Shown here in pieces: positions 1 to 12,273 of a stretch of DNA of 61,418 bases (position 1 is the stretch's first letter; each line of letters starts with the position of its first letter). A model generated the notes under the pieces. That model was given only the letters and a program-made list of their open reading frames with translations. It was not told the DNA's origin and searched no databases. The position numbers were made by a program, and so were the translations under genes. Source of the stretch: Phoronis australis (lineage: Eukaryota > Animalia > Phoronida); assembly GCA_002633005.1 (NCBI GenBank), contig NMRA01001061.1, positions 1 to 61,418 on the forward strand. The letters are read 5' to 3'.

Positions 1-758
1 CACTGATTTGCCCTTAGGAACACAAGACTGTTAATCAGTTGTTTACAGTGATGCAGGCTTAGGACTACTAAATTTCCCCAGTGTGTACAATAAAAAGCTG
101 TCTATACTACATGTTCAAAAACAAGTACTATTGTTACATTTTTTTGTGGTACATGCATGGTCCCACAGTTTGTGATCTTCCTGAAAGGAGGGATCAGTAA
201 CTTGCATTGCAGGGTTCTTGTTTCTAGCGGTGCTAACTGGTTCTTGAATCATGTATCCACAAAACTTACTATTACCGCCACAATGCTATCGTGATAACCT
301 CAAATTCAAACAAAGCAGTAGTAGTACTCACCAGATCCAATAGGAAAGAACACAAATGACAAATGCATTGACATTGTTGAGTTCCTGTGAAAGTAAGTTG
401 ACTTTAGACAATTCAACCAGCATCCACACTTCAGGCTTGGCACGCGAGCTACCAATAATGAAATGGGTGTTTGCAGAATCTACATGGTTTCCACAGAATT
501 CCAAGATGAGCCCGGTGTCTTGCCCTTGCCTTGGACGCAGTCACACAGGCGTGACACGGGTCCGGTGAACACGCATATGTAAATTGTCCGACTCTCGCCA
601 AAATCAGTTGCCGTACAGTCTGTAGGTGCGGTGGTTTGCTACTCACTTTATGCTGCATCAAGATTTCACACATGTGCAGAGGACATTCTTTTGAGGTTCC
701 ATACACTTCATCACATTCCATCATACTAGCAGATAACACAGCAAGTCAGGATTCGCCA

Positions 759-1613
759 ACCGGAACCATTTTGCCACCACTAAAGTGACACCTCTTGTTG
801 GACACTGGGTTTCCGAAAAACGCGGAATTTTAATTAAAAAGGAAAAATACCTTAAAAAATTGCGCCTGACTTAATGACACATAACTAAATNACCGGAACC
901 TTTTTGCCACCACTAAAGTGACACCTGTTGTTGGACACTGGGTTCACGAAAAACGCGGAATTTTAATAAAAAAGGAAAAATACCTTAAAAAATTGCGACT
1001 GACTTAATGACACATAACTAAATGTTAATAAATCAACTTTTGAATCAAAACTATGCACTTTACTGGTGTTGTAATGTTCCAAACAGGTATCGGTATTGAA
1101 GGTAATTTCTACTCAGGTGGTTGTCGCAATCTTGCAATTTGTATAGAAAAATGTAAAACGCCAGAAAATTTTATTGTACTAATCAACAGCAATAAGATAG
1201 AAACGTCTTGTGTAATAGTCTGGTGTTGATCAGTGTTGTGCCAGCTGAGATATACGGGCTCAAAGTGTGACGAAATTGCAATGCCTTGTTAACCTCTGAC
1301 CCCTCTATACTTTATGCATGAAATTTTTAACTTAGCAGCAGAGTTAATGAGTATTGCTTAACGTCTTTGTAAAGCCGAAGACTTGCTTTATTTAAAAATT
1401 ACAAACTAATAATGANTCTGGTGTTGATCAGTGTTGTGTCAGCTGAGATATACGGGCTCAAAGTGTGGCGAAATTGCAATGCCTTGTTAACCTCTGACCC
1501 CTCTATACTTTATGCATGAAATTTTTAACTTAGCGGCAGAGTTAATGAGTATTGCTTAACGTCTTTGTAAAGCCGAAGACTTGCTTTATTCAAAAATTAC
1601 AAACTAATAATGA
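759..1613. repeat. Two near-identical direct duplications, each around an N (probable assembly overlaps)
   Basis: 759-890 / N891 / 892-1023 and 1219-1415 / N1416 / 1417-1613. Confidence 0.85.
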
Positions 1614-1865
1614 TCTCGTGCGCCGATATTTTTTATTGTGCAGTGCAAATAAGGCATTTTCGGCGAGTTCGGTGCATGGCATACCCCCAAAATAGAGGCT
1701 CCCTGATTTATCCCACTTAAACAAGGTAAAATGAGATTGGACTTTACTGTTTTGTTTATCATCCCAAAGGTAACTAAAATGCATAGTATGGTTCAAATCG
1801 GTGACATTGGGTTTATCACCCCTCTGGGCAATTTTTGCCTGCTGTCAGCCGTACTTCACTCTTAA

Positions 1866-3254
1866 GCTGTATTCACTCTACAAAATTGTTAACGGCGTGG
1901 CTGCAATCAGTGCTGCTGACTACTTAACCCCGCTTTTCTAGATAGTGCAACAATCTCAACCTAGACACTGTTGCTGCCGTTCGTCATAGGATAAGCGGCT
2001 CAGATCATTCTCAAAAATAAAACAGTGCACATGTTTGTTTTTGAACCTGCAATATACACCTCAACTGTAATACACTTAATTGCTTATTAATTTGATAGCA
2101 ATATTGCCTCCGGAGTGACGTTCACCAGCGCCTTCAACTTGTGAAGTTCGGTGTTGTAGGAAGAATAAGAAGACAAAAATCAAGGCATTTCACACTAGCT
2201 TTTAACGTCTTTTTGTTGCGTTGCCTCATATCCCGATAATGTTGTTCGGTAATTTTGTGTTTTTATTGGCTACGTACACCGTTCGCTACTTAATTGTCAA
2301 TTTCATTCCAGCCATTTTCTTCGAGTTTGAACTCACAGGGGGCCTAATGGTGTTTGGTTTCTTTATACTCATTGGAGAGGTAAGTATTGGCCACCTTTTC
2401 CGTTTCCGGTTTAACATTCTGTGCAAGATAGTTGGTGAAGTCATTTTGCTTCAAAATATGCTAGGTCCTAGCATTCAAGTGTCCAAAGATGTTAGATTTT
2501 TGGAAGCCTTCTTAAGGTCTTGTTTGGATTAAATTGTTCCCCTGAAACATATTACGCCATAGGGAAGCAAAACAGCAGCACGATTTTGGGCACGTGACAA
2601 AACCGCTTCAATTTCCGCGTAGCCTGGTGCGCAGTTTTCATACATGGGCATGGTAGTCTAGAAAATTCACCGGTTTTGAAGAAAATAAGACTATGGGAGT
2701 TCATTTTTATTTTAACCATCTCGGAATCTCATTAGCGTTGGGTTTTCTAAAAAAATTCAAGCGATAGCAGCGCTCGACACCTAGCTTGACGCGAAAATCC
2801 CAGGTGGCCAAACGTAATCTGAGGTCAGCAAAACTGACGCCGAAATCGTCAACTAATAAAACATAAAAAGATCGTACCGTACTCAGCTCTCAGACAATTA
2901 CGCATACCTCTTCAATTTCTTCCTGTAAAAATATGAACCATTCAACCTCTCAATTCACAACGAAGACAGAACGCAGACGATGGCATAATCCGTTCTTACC
3001 CGATTTTTGCCGAACAATCCCGACTTCCGGATGTGTGCTGACCTGCTGTGTTAGCAGATGCACTGAATTCACGAAATAAACGGAACAATTGTGAACCAAA
3101 GGTATTAAATCTAGCAAAAGTGTTAGTAATTTAAAGTTTGGAAATAAACATAAACTCTGTAACCACTTTCGAGGCGGTGATCCAAACGTGACATCGCGCG
3201 TTTTTTAATTATCTCGGAATTTCAAGGTAATTTTCCCCAGTGTGTCGCTGTTCG
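1866..3254. mobile_element. Probable TTAA-target transposon insertion, truncated at the contig join
   Basis: 1788-1865 and 3256-3332 are the same sequence and diverge exactly after TTAA. The far terminus is not visible because of the N at 3255. Confidence 0.45.
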
Positions 3255-3544
3255 NATGGTTCAAATCGGTGACATTGGGTTTATCACCCCTCTGGGCATT
3301 TTTGCCTGCTGTCAGCCGTACTTCACTCTTAATGGGTGAAAAAGACACAGCTCTCCAAGAATTACTACGAAAGGATTCATTTGTTAGCATTAGCTCTTAT
3401 AAAAAGATTGTGCATTTGAAACATTAGGCTACAATTTTATTGAAGTCCAAACCTCGGACCACAAACACACTTTTTTTAGCCACTATTTTAATGGGTGGAG
3501 ATTCTTGTAGTACTCGATTATGCACAGAACTAAAGTTTAGGGCC

Positions 3545-3970
3545 CATTTAGAACACCACTCTGGTATTTTCGTAGCTAAAAATTTACCCTCGGAACATCT
3601 GGAGCACCTCGGCTATTTTCTTATTTACATTTACAAATATTTCTTAGAAACACTTCAGGTATTTTCGTAGCCTCAAATCTCCTCTCGGAGATGAACGTTA
3701 TCCAAAATATGGCAAGTCACATGATTTTCAATCTTGACAATAATAGGCAAACTGAAGTCCACACACATGCAGAGAGCATTCACCTATTAGGTGAAATTTG
3801 AGGTTACAAAAACACCCGAGGTGTTCTGGATGTCCTTGAAAGTTAATGTTTTCAGTGCATGCTGGAACTTTATGGCCAATCATTCTCCACTAAGTTTGAT
3901 AATCACACAGGTTAAATTCACCACCAATGAGAAATTTGAGGCCCCGAATATACCCAAGGTGGTCTGAAGG
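3545..3970. repeat. Foldback-like array of a ~35-bp motif (forward copies, then inverted copies)
   Basis: GGTATTTTCGTAGCCTCAAATCTC vs the inverted GAAATTTGAGGTTACAAAAACACC; CATCTGGAGCACCTCGG vs the inverted CCGAGGTGTTCTGGATG. Confidence 0.5.
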
Positions 3971-4773
3971 GATTATGACCTTCAAGTTGTGCGGGGTACC
4001 ACCTCAAAAAGGGAAATGGGGAAGAAAAAAATAGTATGTCAACAAGTTGAGGGGTGTAGCTTGAGAATTGTGGCTATACCTGGAAGGTCGAAAATTGTGG
4101 CGTTCTAGGGGATGAATACTGTGTAGGCTGCAAAGTGGTGGAAATTGGGTGCCAGCAGTATTTACTGTAACACTGTACAGAGACGGATAGGGGGCGGCAA
4201 GGGGGCCATGGCCCTGCCTAAAATTCTCCCAGATTCCATTTGGAAAATTGGGGGTGCAAATGCTTGACGGGCAAAATACTCTGCCCTTGCCCCTACCCCC
4301 TAACTCAAAATCCTGGATCATCCCCTGCTATAAGATCTTACAGCAGGGGAGGATACAGGATTTCGGGACGTTTTCAATTCATAAAAAGCGTTCAAACAAT
4401 GAAATTGAAAAAATGCCAAGTGAAAAGAGTGAAGCCATTGTTAATTCGGGTTTATTTTCCTAGTAAGGAATCGATAATTACATGATTTTACTACAGTTTA
4501 TCGGCAATATCACTATATATAAACATCTATCTCACCAGAGAGTTCCCCGAACGCAAACGCGAACCAGTCGCAAAATAACTTTTACTCTCGCGACACCTAG
4601 CGACCTGATAACGTAATACCGGATGTCAGCATGCGCAGAGCCAACTTCCTTGTTAAAAATTGCCAGCTGACAGCCAATGAAAACCATCGTTCTAGTGCCC
4701 TGTACCTAGGCCTTCACAAGCAATCCGTGACGTCAGCATGTGAGGCCCGGGAACCAGGTTATTTCTTCCCCTG

Positions 4774-4864
4774 CCAAATAAGGAGACATGATTAACCAAG
4801 CAGTTGGCAGATCCTTTTTTTCCAAATTTGAAACTAAAAGAAAATGCTTTTGATGTCAACAGAC
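4774..4864 (+). repeat. Dispersed repeat fragment, second copy at 59976-60088
   Basis: CCAAATAAGGAGACATG and AAATTTGAAACTAAAAGAAAATGCTTT are present in both places in the same orientation. Confidence 0.7.
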
Positions 4865-5180
4865 AAGTAAGTTATGGCTTCCATATAAAAAATAAAAACT
4901 AATACAAGACTCGCCCGAAGTTCTGCTAAATGTATCTAATCAGGGACGTAGAAAGGCAAAGCTATTGGTGAGACACAAACTAATTCGACTTCGCCAGATT
5001 TATCACCACCAAATTTACTACCACCCCCACCTCCTTCCCCCCGTTCTCCGGATGCCGCCATATTTGAACCGAACCCCCCACGTCCGCCATAGGTGGGGGT
5101 GCTGTCCCAACGGATGCACTGAGTCATCAGGTTTTGAGTAATCGTGAACCAACAAAGTTTCAGACAGAATGGGTCTGGGA

Positions 5181-5356
5181 CCAGCGCACAGACGGGTACA
5201 TTGTAGCTGGGAGCTGCCTTAAGTAACTGTAGCTGAGATCTAACAGTGTGGAAATGCGAAATTCGATGAACTAAAGCTAGTCGTTGGTCAACTCAGCTAT
5301 GATTCACTTCAGACGGGTAGCTTAGCTCATATCTCCTTCCTAACCGTCTGTGCTGG
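5181..5356. mobile_element. Small MITE-like element
   Basis: Imperfect terminal inverted repeats CCAGC(GC)ACAGACGG ... CCGTCTGTGCTGG. No TSD identified. Confidence 0.45.
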
Positions 5357-7823
5357 CTCTGAGGTCAAGATTCATTTTATTATGATCCAGTTTCAGGAAA
5401 TGCTCATTTTATTTGGGGCTGTTTCAAAATTCCTTGTTGAAGTAACGTATTTTATTACAAAATTAGCTTCTAATTGTCAAGAAATAATCTGCGAATCATT
5501 CGCTCTTCGTAGATACATAAACATGTAAATCAAAAACCAACAATCGATTCCATGAGCAATGCTGTTTCTTCGATTTAATGACCAATTTCTCTTTGATATC
5601 ATGTTTGTGAGTTTCAACGACAAATCTTCTACCTAAGTCAAATGCAATGCATTTATTGTCATTTGATTTGGGAACTGTCTGAATGTCGCCCTTGTCTTTG
5701 CGAGTTATTCTATATAGGCGAACATAATCTACTGTAAGTCTACTTCACTACGTGGATAACCGATACGGTATTTCAAGTTGCAAACAAGTTCACTGAAACA
5801 TCATCAATTCTTACAAGCTTAGCTTCTAATTTGCAAATCTAATCCATGAATCTGTTGTGATTTTAGTAAATACATAAACATCTAATTCAGAATGTAACGA
5901 AATTGTTCATGGAAACGGATTGTTATAAGCATTTTCCTCAAACATTCTCGCCGATTTTGACGGGTACCCGGAGGAACATTGGAAACGGAGCATTCGTATT
6001 TCGATGTATTGTTGCGATTTCAGAGGTACCTGCATGTATAACGGTTCACGGGTTAAAGCTAAACTACAAAAAACGCTGAAATCTTTGTTGATTGTTGCAA
6101 GTACTTTGAGTACCCACATTCCATAACACATGGTCATCGCAACCCGTATTTTCGACATGTGCGAGTTCCTTACAAAGAACTCCTAGTAACGATCCTGAAA
6201 AGAAATACTATTCTTGTGATACTGTGGGAAAAATTAAATATCATTGTACAACTAAGCATCGGAAATAATCCTTTTGGGTAATTCACAAATCGTGGTATTC
6301 ACTTCTTCAAAATTCCACCCGTTGGGTGACAGTCAATCTCATTGTATTTTTCACATTTTTAGTTATTTGAGTGGAATGTCTTAATACTTCTGTGCTAATC
6401 ACGAATGTTTTGTGTTTTTGATGATTTAATCTTGATGCCTGCAAAATTGGGAGGACACATGCTTCACGGCCCGCCGCTTCCTATTGCCCTGATAATATGT
6501 TCATGTAGTGACTAGATTCAGTGTTGAGTACATTCATAATTTGGTTGTCGTTTTTCGTTATCACTCCTCGCAAGCATGTTATGGAACAAATCGGCATCAC
6601 CTAGATGCAATACTGGAAACGAAATCATAAGAAACGAGGAGATGCTATCCCAGTCAGAAAACTTTCCTAGTTGAGTTGGTAGCTCTGAATCCGCTGATTA
6701 TTTTGTTAGTCAGTAGCCGTACTATTGCCAGTCATTAACGAAAATTATTACTGGTTTTAGTTTTAAGGTGGTCAACTATAAATGTGGCTGTCACTTCATT
6801 CATGTCATCATCCATATCTCCATGCTAAAACACCAAGAAGCAGGGGTGGTGCAAGAGAGACAACAACACAGAAGATTTTAGCCTGGTCAAAGGTCAACTT
6901 ACAGACGTTACTTACACGTTGGATTGTGGTCAACAAGCTTGCTGTCCAGTGGAAGGGAATTGTAGTTGTTACATGGAGTGGCAATTAGGACGGTAGTTCG
7001 TGACGCAGTCGTATTGTGTGTAAGCAGATAAATGCAGAAGTAGTTAAAGGAGTGCTGATCAAGGAGCTTTGAGACACAGAGTTTGGATGAGGAAAGCGTT
7101 GTGAGCCGTTTAGTTTTATCAACTAAAGTAATTCACAACATTCAAAACGAACCAGATTCAACTTCTGTTAATTAGTGTTTCTACCGAGTGTGACAATTTC
7201 CTTTCCGGCCTGCCAAACTCACAAAACAAAGATAACCTTTTGAACCGCTAAACTCACAATTAGAGAACATTTTGTCACATAACAAAGAAAAAAGGTTTCC
7301 AAAGTTGTAAACTGTTAATTCATTTGATTAATTTAATACTCAACGTGTACGTCCTCGTTGTTAACAGAGCTTCAACAGCCCTCTTACCTATCTGCTTATT
7401 CGCAAGGTGGTTGTAATTCAACATTTTTGTACAACAATACGGTTTTCATAACGTCATTTAAAAACAAATGTTTGTGGCACAGTATACATTTCAACATCTT
7501 GTTTTTATAATGTCTATTCATTAACGTTCAGTGGGAGAATCGCGCAATTCATTGTTTGTAGTTTGTTGGCCTTTTTGAACGCGTCAGAACTTGTAGAGTC
7601 CAATCGTGAGCCATAAAAAGATGAGAGCTTTGTAAACTTGTTTTTCAGTTCCGGGTTTGCGCTTCTGAGCGAATAAAATTGATTTTAGACGTTTTTCTAT
7701 GCACAAAACCGTTGGTAATTGAAGCTTGGCCACAGAACACTAGCGCGGCATGTTATTCGTGGATCATGTCTTACGTGTTGTTATGTGGATAAAACAATAT
7801 TTTGGAGAAAACAGCAAAGCCAT

Positions 7824-10800
7824 ATGATGCTGCACATGTTCGGGGGATGGACATTTGCATTATTTTTTGTGTGCTGTCAACACATTTCAGCTACAAGAAA
7901 GGAAATATCCTTTGGATATACGAATACAAATAGAGCACAAGAAAACGAAACCAGATGGTTTGTTGAAGTTCCTAAAGGCTTTACTGCCACTTTAATGGTT
8001 GTAGAATTTCATTTTGAAAACAATGCTAGCTGCAATGTGGCAAATGTACAACTGCTTACAAACGGTAGCAGTCATTTGTTATGTACGAGGCCATCAATCA
8101 AAGATGTTTTTACAACAAACAATAACATGTCAATTTTACTGTATCGGAAGTACCCTTCGGTTCGCGTCCGCCTTTTTCTGGTCATTGACACGTCCCTGTT
8201 GATGGAGGAAACGTCGCATCTTTGTTACCATACGGTGTCTGAAGCAGTTGGAGATATCGGAATTTTTCAACCAAGTGTCAAAACAACAGTGACATTCCCA
8301 TTGAAGTGTAGTTGGAACATCAGTGGACTTCCTGACCACACTATAGAAGTCCTCATTTCACAATTTGTTACATCAACCAATACTCCCGGATGCTCAACAG
8401 AAAACATGAAGATATATGAGGAAAGAAATCAGACTTTTTATCTAATCGAAAAGGCGTGTGGTGAAAAAGATCCGTGGAATGTATCATCCTCGCGTAGGGC
8501 GCTCTTGATAACTATTACATTGAGACAAATTGGCTGGCAATTCAACGCCACTTACAAATTGTGGCATTTTGTAGTACTTGAAAAAGGTGTTGGATTGGTA
8601 AATTTGGATAGCACATCATCTAAACCAAATAGGAGAGAAATTCTTTATAAAGATCCGCCGTTTTCTTTTGCAAAGCACACTCGGATGTTTTATTTGTATT
8701 TGTGGTATATTGCTGTTCCATATAATCTTGTTCTTCAGAGTTTTGTCTCTGTGAGAAATGTAAGACCATTGCTAGAGTTTCACTTGTCATTTTATGAAGG
8801 ACCAAGAGCTTTGTCTTCCATGCAAAGTACTCAAATTTCATTGGAAAACGTAACCAATCCGAATCACTCCATCAATGCAAAAATATTCCATGGGTTATTA
8901 GAAGTTAAGCTAGACACACGTACTGTAACAAAGGATTTATCGATACTCATTTCATACGAGGGTAAAAGGAATCATAACCACTCGACATGTCATTATTTTG
9001 CAAAGATCAAAGACGTAAACAGAGTAAGTCGTATTCCGTTAAAGCTTTCACTTTTTTCTGATAGGCACGGATTTGGTCCAACACATTGTGTCTGGCGTTT
9101 TAAAGCCAGGGAAACAAAATTCTTTTTAAAACTTTCCTTTTCCAGAATTCATTTGATAGCGCGCGAAAACTGTGGGTATCAAGGATTGGTCTTATACGAT
9201 GGGGTAAACATAACTTCTGATGCTGTTGGGCCGATATGTGGAACTTTTTCAGCAAAAAATTCAAATTTAACAACGGGTCACATCATATCGTCTTTTGTTA
9301 GTTCCTCATCGTACCTAACCATTGTATACTACTCACTGGTGCCCGAATACAAACATTCAAAGTTGATTGCTTACATTGAAGAATTCGAGTGTCGTGGAAT
9401 TATGGTCCGAAACGACATTGTTAACATACAGTTACCCGTAGCAACTTGCCTGGCTGTGCAGCGAAATGTATTCGCAAGGGGATATGAGTTATTGGACGTT
9501 AACGTACGGATTAGTCCAGATATTTCTGGCATTAACGTTTACAAACGATTCACAGACACAATGAGAATGTATAACAGTCGAGGTTGTCTTCACTATATTT
9601 CGTTTGTCAACAAAATGCCAGAATGCTTCAAAGACAAAACCCAGCTCATATCAAGGGAACTAGTCTTAAACTTCTCGGGAGATCACCTGCGCCTTATGCG
9701 TATTCATTCGGCGTTTGAGTGGTCGAATCTAAATATTCTGTCTGTGTTTGATATAGTCCAGTCTGACGTATCTATGAAACTAAGTTGTGATATATACCAG
9801 CCATACAGGATGACTAGGAATAATGTCTCTGAGCTAGTGTCGGCTTGTGGATCTTTGCATCAGGCAGATAGCACTGACTATGTCTACTGGAAATTAACCT
9901 ATGGTATTAGTACGCAGGCATGTCTCAGTGAATCTGATAGTCCATCTACGTTCGAATTGAATATTTCCGCCTATTGTATATTGTCAAAAACTATAAAAAT
10001 CAATGAGGTAATTTCGCGGAGTGCTTGCAATAGCCACATGTTTAGTTATCGCCCAGATAGCATTACAGTAACAGATTATTACAAACCGTTGTGTTCCAAA
10101 TACACCAAAGATCCATTCAGAATGTTGACTGTCGCGGCAGACCAGATAGAAATAAGATATCAACCCAACGAAAGACGTATTCTTCCACCGCTGATAATTG
10201 ACTACCGTGTTCTAAAACACGATAAGGTGCCCGATGTCAGCAATCTGAATTGTTCTTCGTCAGATGAAGTTTATTTCAGTGAAAAGTGTTACAGACTCCA
10301 TGTAAACGAGGGAGTGATTATATTACATAATACATGGCAGCGTGCTTCGAAGAAATGCACTGGTGATGGCGGACATTTATTGGCCATTAACACGAAAGAG
10401 GAATATGAGTTCATATTATCGATGCTGAAAACGAAATGGAAACGAAAGCTATATTCCATCTCAAATTACGTCGCATTGTTCCTAGGATTAAAAATTTACA
10501 CCGAGAATGGTAATCGGTGGAACGACGGTAATCCACTCGTTTATTCTAAATGGTATATTCCAGGAGATGATGCTGCTCCGTACACTGGATCGAAGTTCTA
10601 TCCGGGCACGTATTTGGTCTCATTTATATCCGATCAAAATTACCAACCGTTAAATGATCCAGGAAGCAACTGTACTGTAATGGTTGTACAGAACCCTTAT
10701 ATTGGTGGCAGTTGGTTTTTAGTCCCCTGCAACTACCCGCTCTATTCCGTCGGCATAGTCTGTGAAACAAGCAACCCAATGAAGCATCCAGAAACCTCTC

Positions 10801-11356
10801 CACCAAGACTAAGGACACGGGGTTTTCTTAGTACCATTAAGAAATGCACTGAGTCGTGGACCTATTTTAATGGCACTTGTTTCCGATTAGAAACTACTGT
10901 TGGGTATCGAGGATATCCTTTGCCATATTTTAGAGCCACTACCATATGCTCAAACATCGGAGGTGTGGTCGCTTCGCCGAATGCAATGACTGCAAACATA
11001 TTAATGACAGCTTTTAGATTCCACCCGGAATATGGCCCAGTTTGGATCTTGAAAACATCAACATGTAGAGTACTGTATTCCCCCGAATTTGACAGTAATG
11101 CATTTGAAAATCCAGACTTTGTTTGGAAAATTGTTGATGTTGACTGCCACGCAGATTTCTCAAATCAATTCCCGGTGCTGTTAAGTGTTTTCTGTCAAAC
11201 CAGTCCAGACGCTTCGACTAGAAGTTGCTCAAAATCACATTGGACTTGCAGTGATGGCACGTGCATCTCAGAGGTGGCATTGTGTGATGGTGCAGACGAC
11301 TGTAAAGACGCAAGTGATGAGATGAGTTGCAGCCAATACGTCAAGCAACAATTCAG
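7824..11356 (+). CDS. GRL101-like: Receptor copy A, coding exon 1: signal peptide, CUB/CUB-like modules, spacer, two C-type lectin-like domains, first LDLa module
   Basis: ORF 7719-11360 starts at TTG; the first ATG at 7824 gives the signal peptide MMLHMFGGWTFALFFVCCQHISA. CUB motifs: CSWNISG...ACG...FNATY and HCVWRF...CGYQGLVLYDG...GPICG...YLTIVY. CTLD motifs: KCY...TWQRASKKC...GGHLLAINTKEEYEFI...LFLGL...WNDG...YSKW and CTESWTYFNGTCF. LDLa: CSDGTCISEVALCDGADDCKDASDE. Donor TTCAG|GTAACG at 11356/11357. Confidence 0.9.
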
Positions 11357-12273
11357 GTAACGATGACTGCATGTCAACTTTGTTGGTTCTCCCTGAATCA
11401 GTAAACCAAAATAGAGCAAGAGCAAGCTCGGTGGGAGCAAAAGGCCAGTACGATATCTGCTTGGTCTGTAATAAAATGGAGGTCATCATCGATAATCTAG
11501 CATCGTTGTACCAACGATCGACACCCTCACAATTTTGGTTGAATAAACAAGTATTTATCGGTATTACCCGTCACAGTTACAGGTAATTCCCTTCGTGTCT
11601 CACATGCAAACAGTTTGCACTGAGCGCTTGTTTCATTGTTAACTCAATCGCGCGTGCGAAAAATCGTGTTCTCAAAGTAACCAATACTCAGCTAATCACA
11701 ATTAGAATATCGGGGGAAGCACGCTATTGGCAAGTTTCCAATTTTGAAAACTTCGAAGCAGATTTGTATTTTAAATTGTACAGAAATGTTGTGAAGTGTC
11801 GATTGTGGGTACAATTGTGAGACCAGTTAGTAAAGTCTCACATCAGTTGTAAAATTTTAGTTTCTTGGCCTGATTTCTCTACGGTGACCAAATTGAAAAC
11901 CCATCGAAATATGTTTCTTTACATTGAGGAAGCTTTTTCAGAAATACTATAAAATATAATACGTGGAAGTGCAGAAGGTGGTAAAATGGCGTCACATGAT
12001 CTGCAGTATCGCCCCTCAGGGATGTCTAAATTGTCTTTTTGAGGAACAAACCATATTTAAAATGATCATGGAAGTGGTATCATAAGCCTCTTGGGGCCCA
12101 GGTACTACGGTTTATATGCTGTCATAGATATGCATCCTCGTTTCCAATTGTTTTACAAAACATTTAGTCCTTAAATGGCAGTAATTCAGTTAAAAAAACT
12201 CAAGCCCTATACATTTATGTTGTAGACCCTCTTGTTTAAACTTGGTATAGGAAGATGACATATCTTTTTCAAG
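11357..12273 (+). other. Phase-2 intron of copy A (917 bp)
   Basis: GTAACG donor and TCTTTTTCAAG acceptor. Splicing rebuilds FR|CRNHKRVSLSLVCDFMDDC, in frame with ORF 12320, at the same position as in copies B and C. Confidence 0.85.

Noticed and set aside
331-739. Cys-rich minus-strand ORF and possible small exons at the window start
   Set aside because: No recognisable domain, and I could not build a consistent exon chain.
759-1613. Two tandem duplications of about 132 and 197 bp
   Set aside because: Each is centred on a single N, so these are assembly overlaps rather than biological repeats.
4183-4370. G/C-run segments (also about 40350-40595, 56350-56400, 59102-59135) as G-quadruplex or regulatory elements
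   Set aside because: They resemble decayed short CAGGGGCGGAT-type MITEs common in invertebrate genomes. The boundaries are too degraded to call.
6789-7195. Possible solo LTR (TGTCAC...GTGACA, 407 bp) upstream of copy A
   Set aside because: The flanks (GTGGC / ATTTC) show no target-site duplication and there is no second copy in the window.
7719-7823. N-terminal 35 aa of the 1213-aa ORF
   Set aside because: TTG start. The ATG at 7824 gives a signal peptide matching the copy B start region, and the homologous DNA in B is upstream of its ATG.
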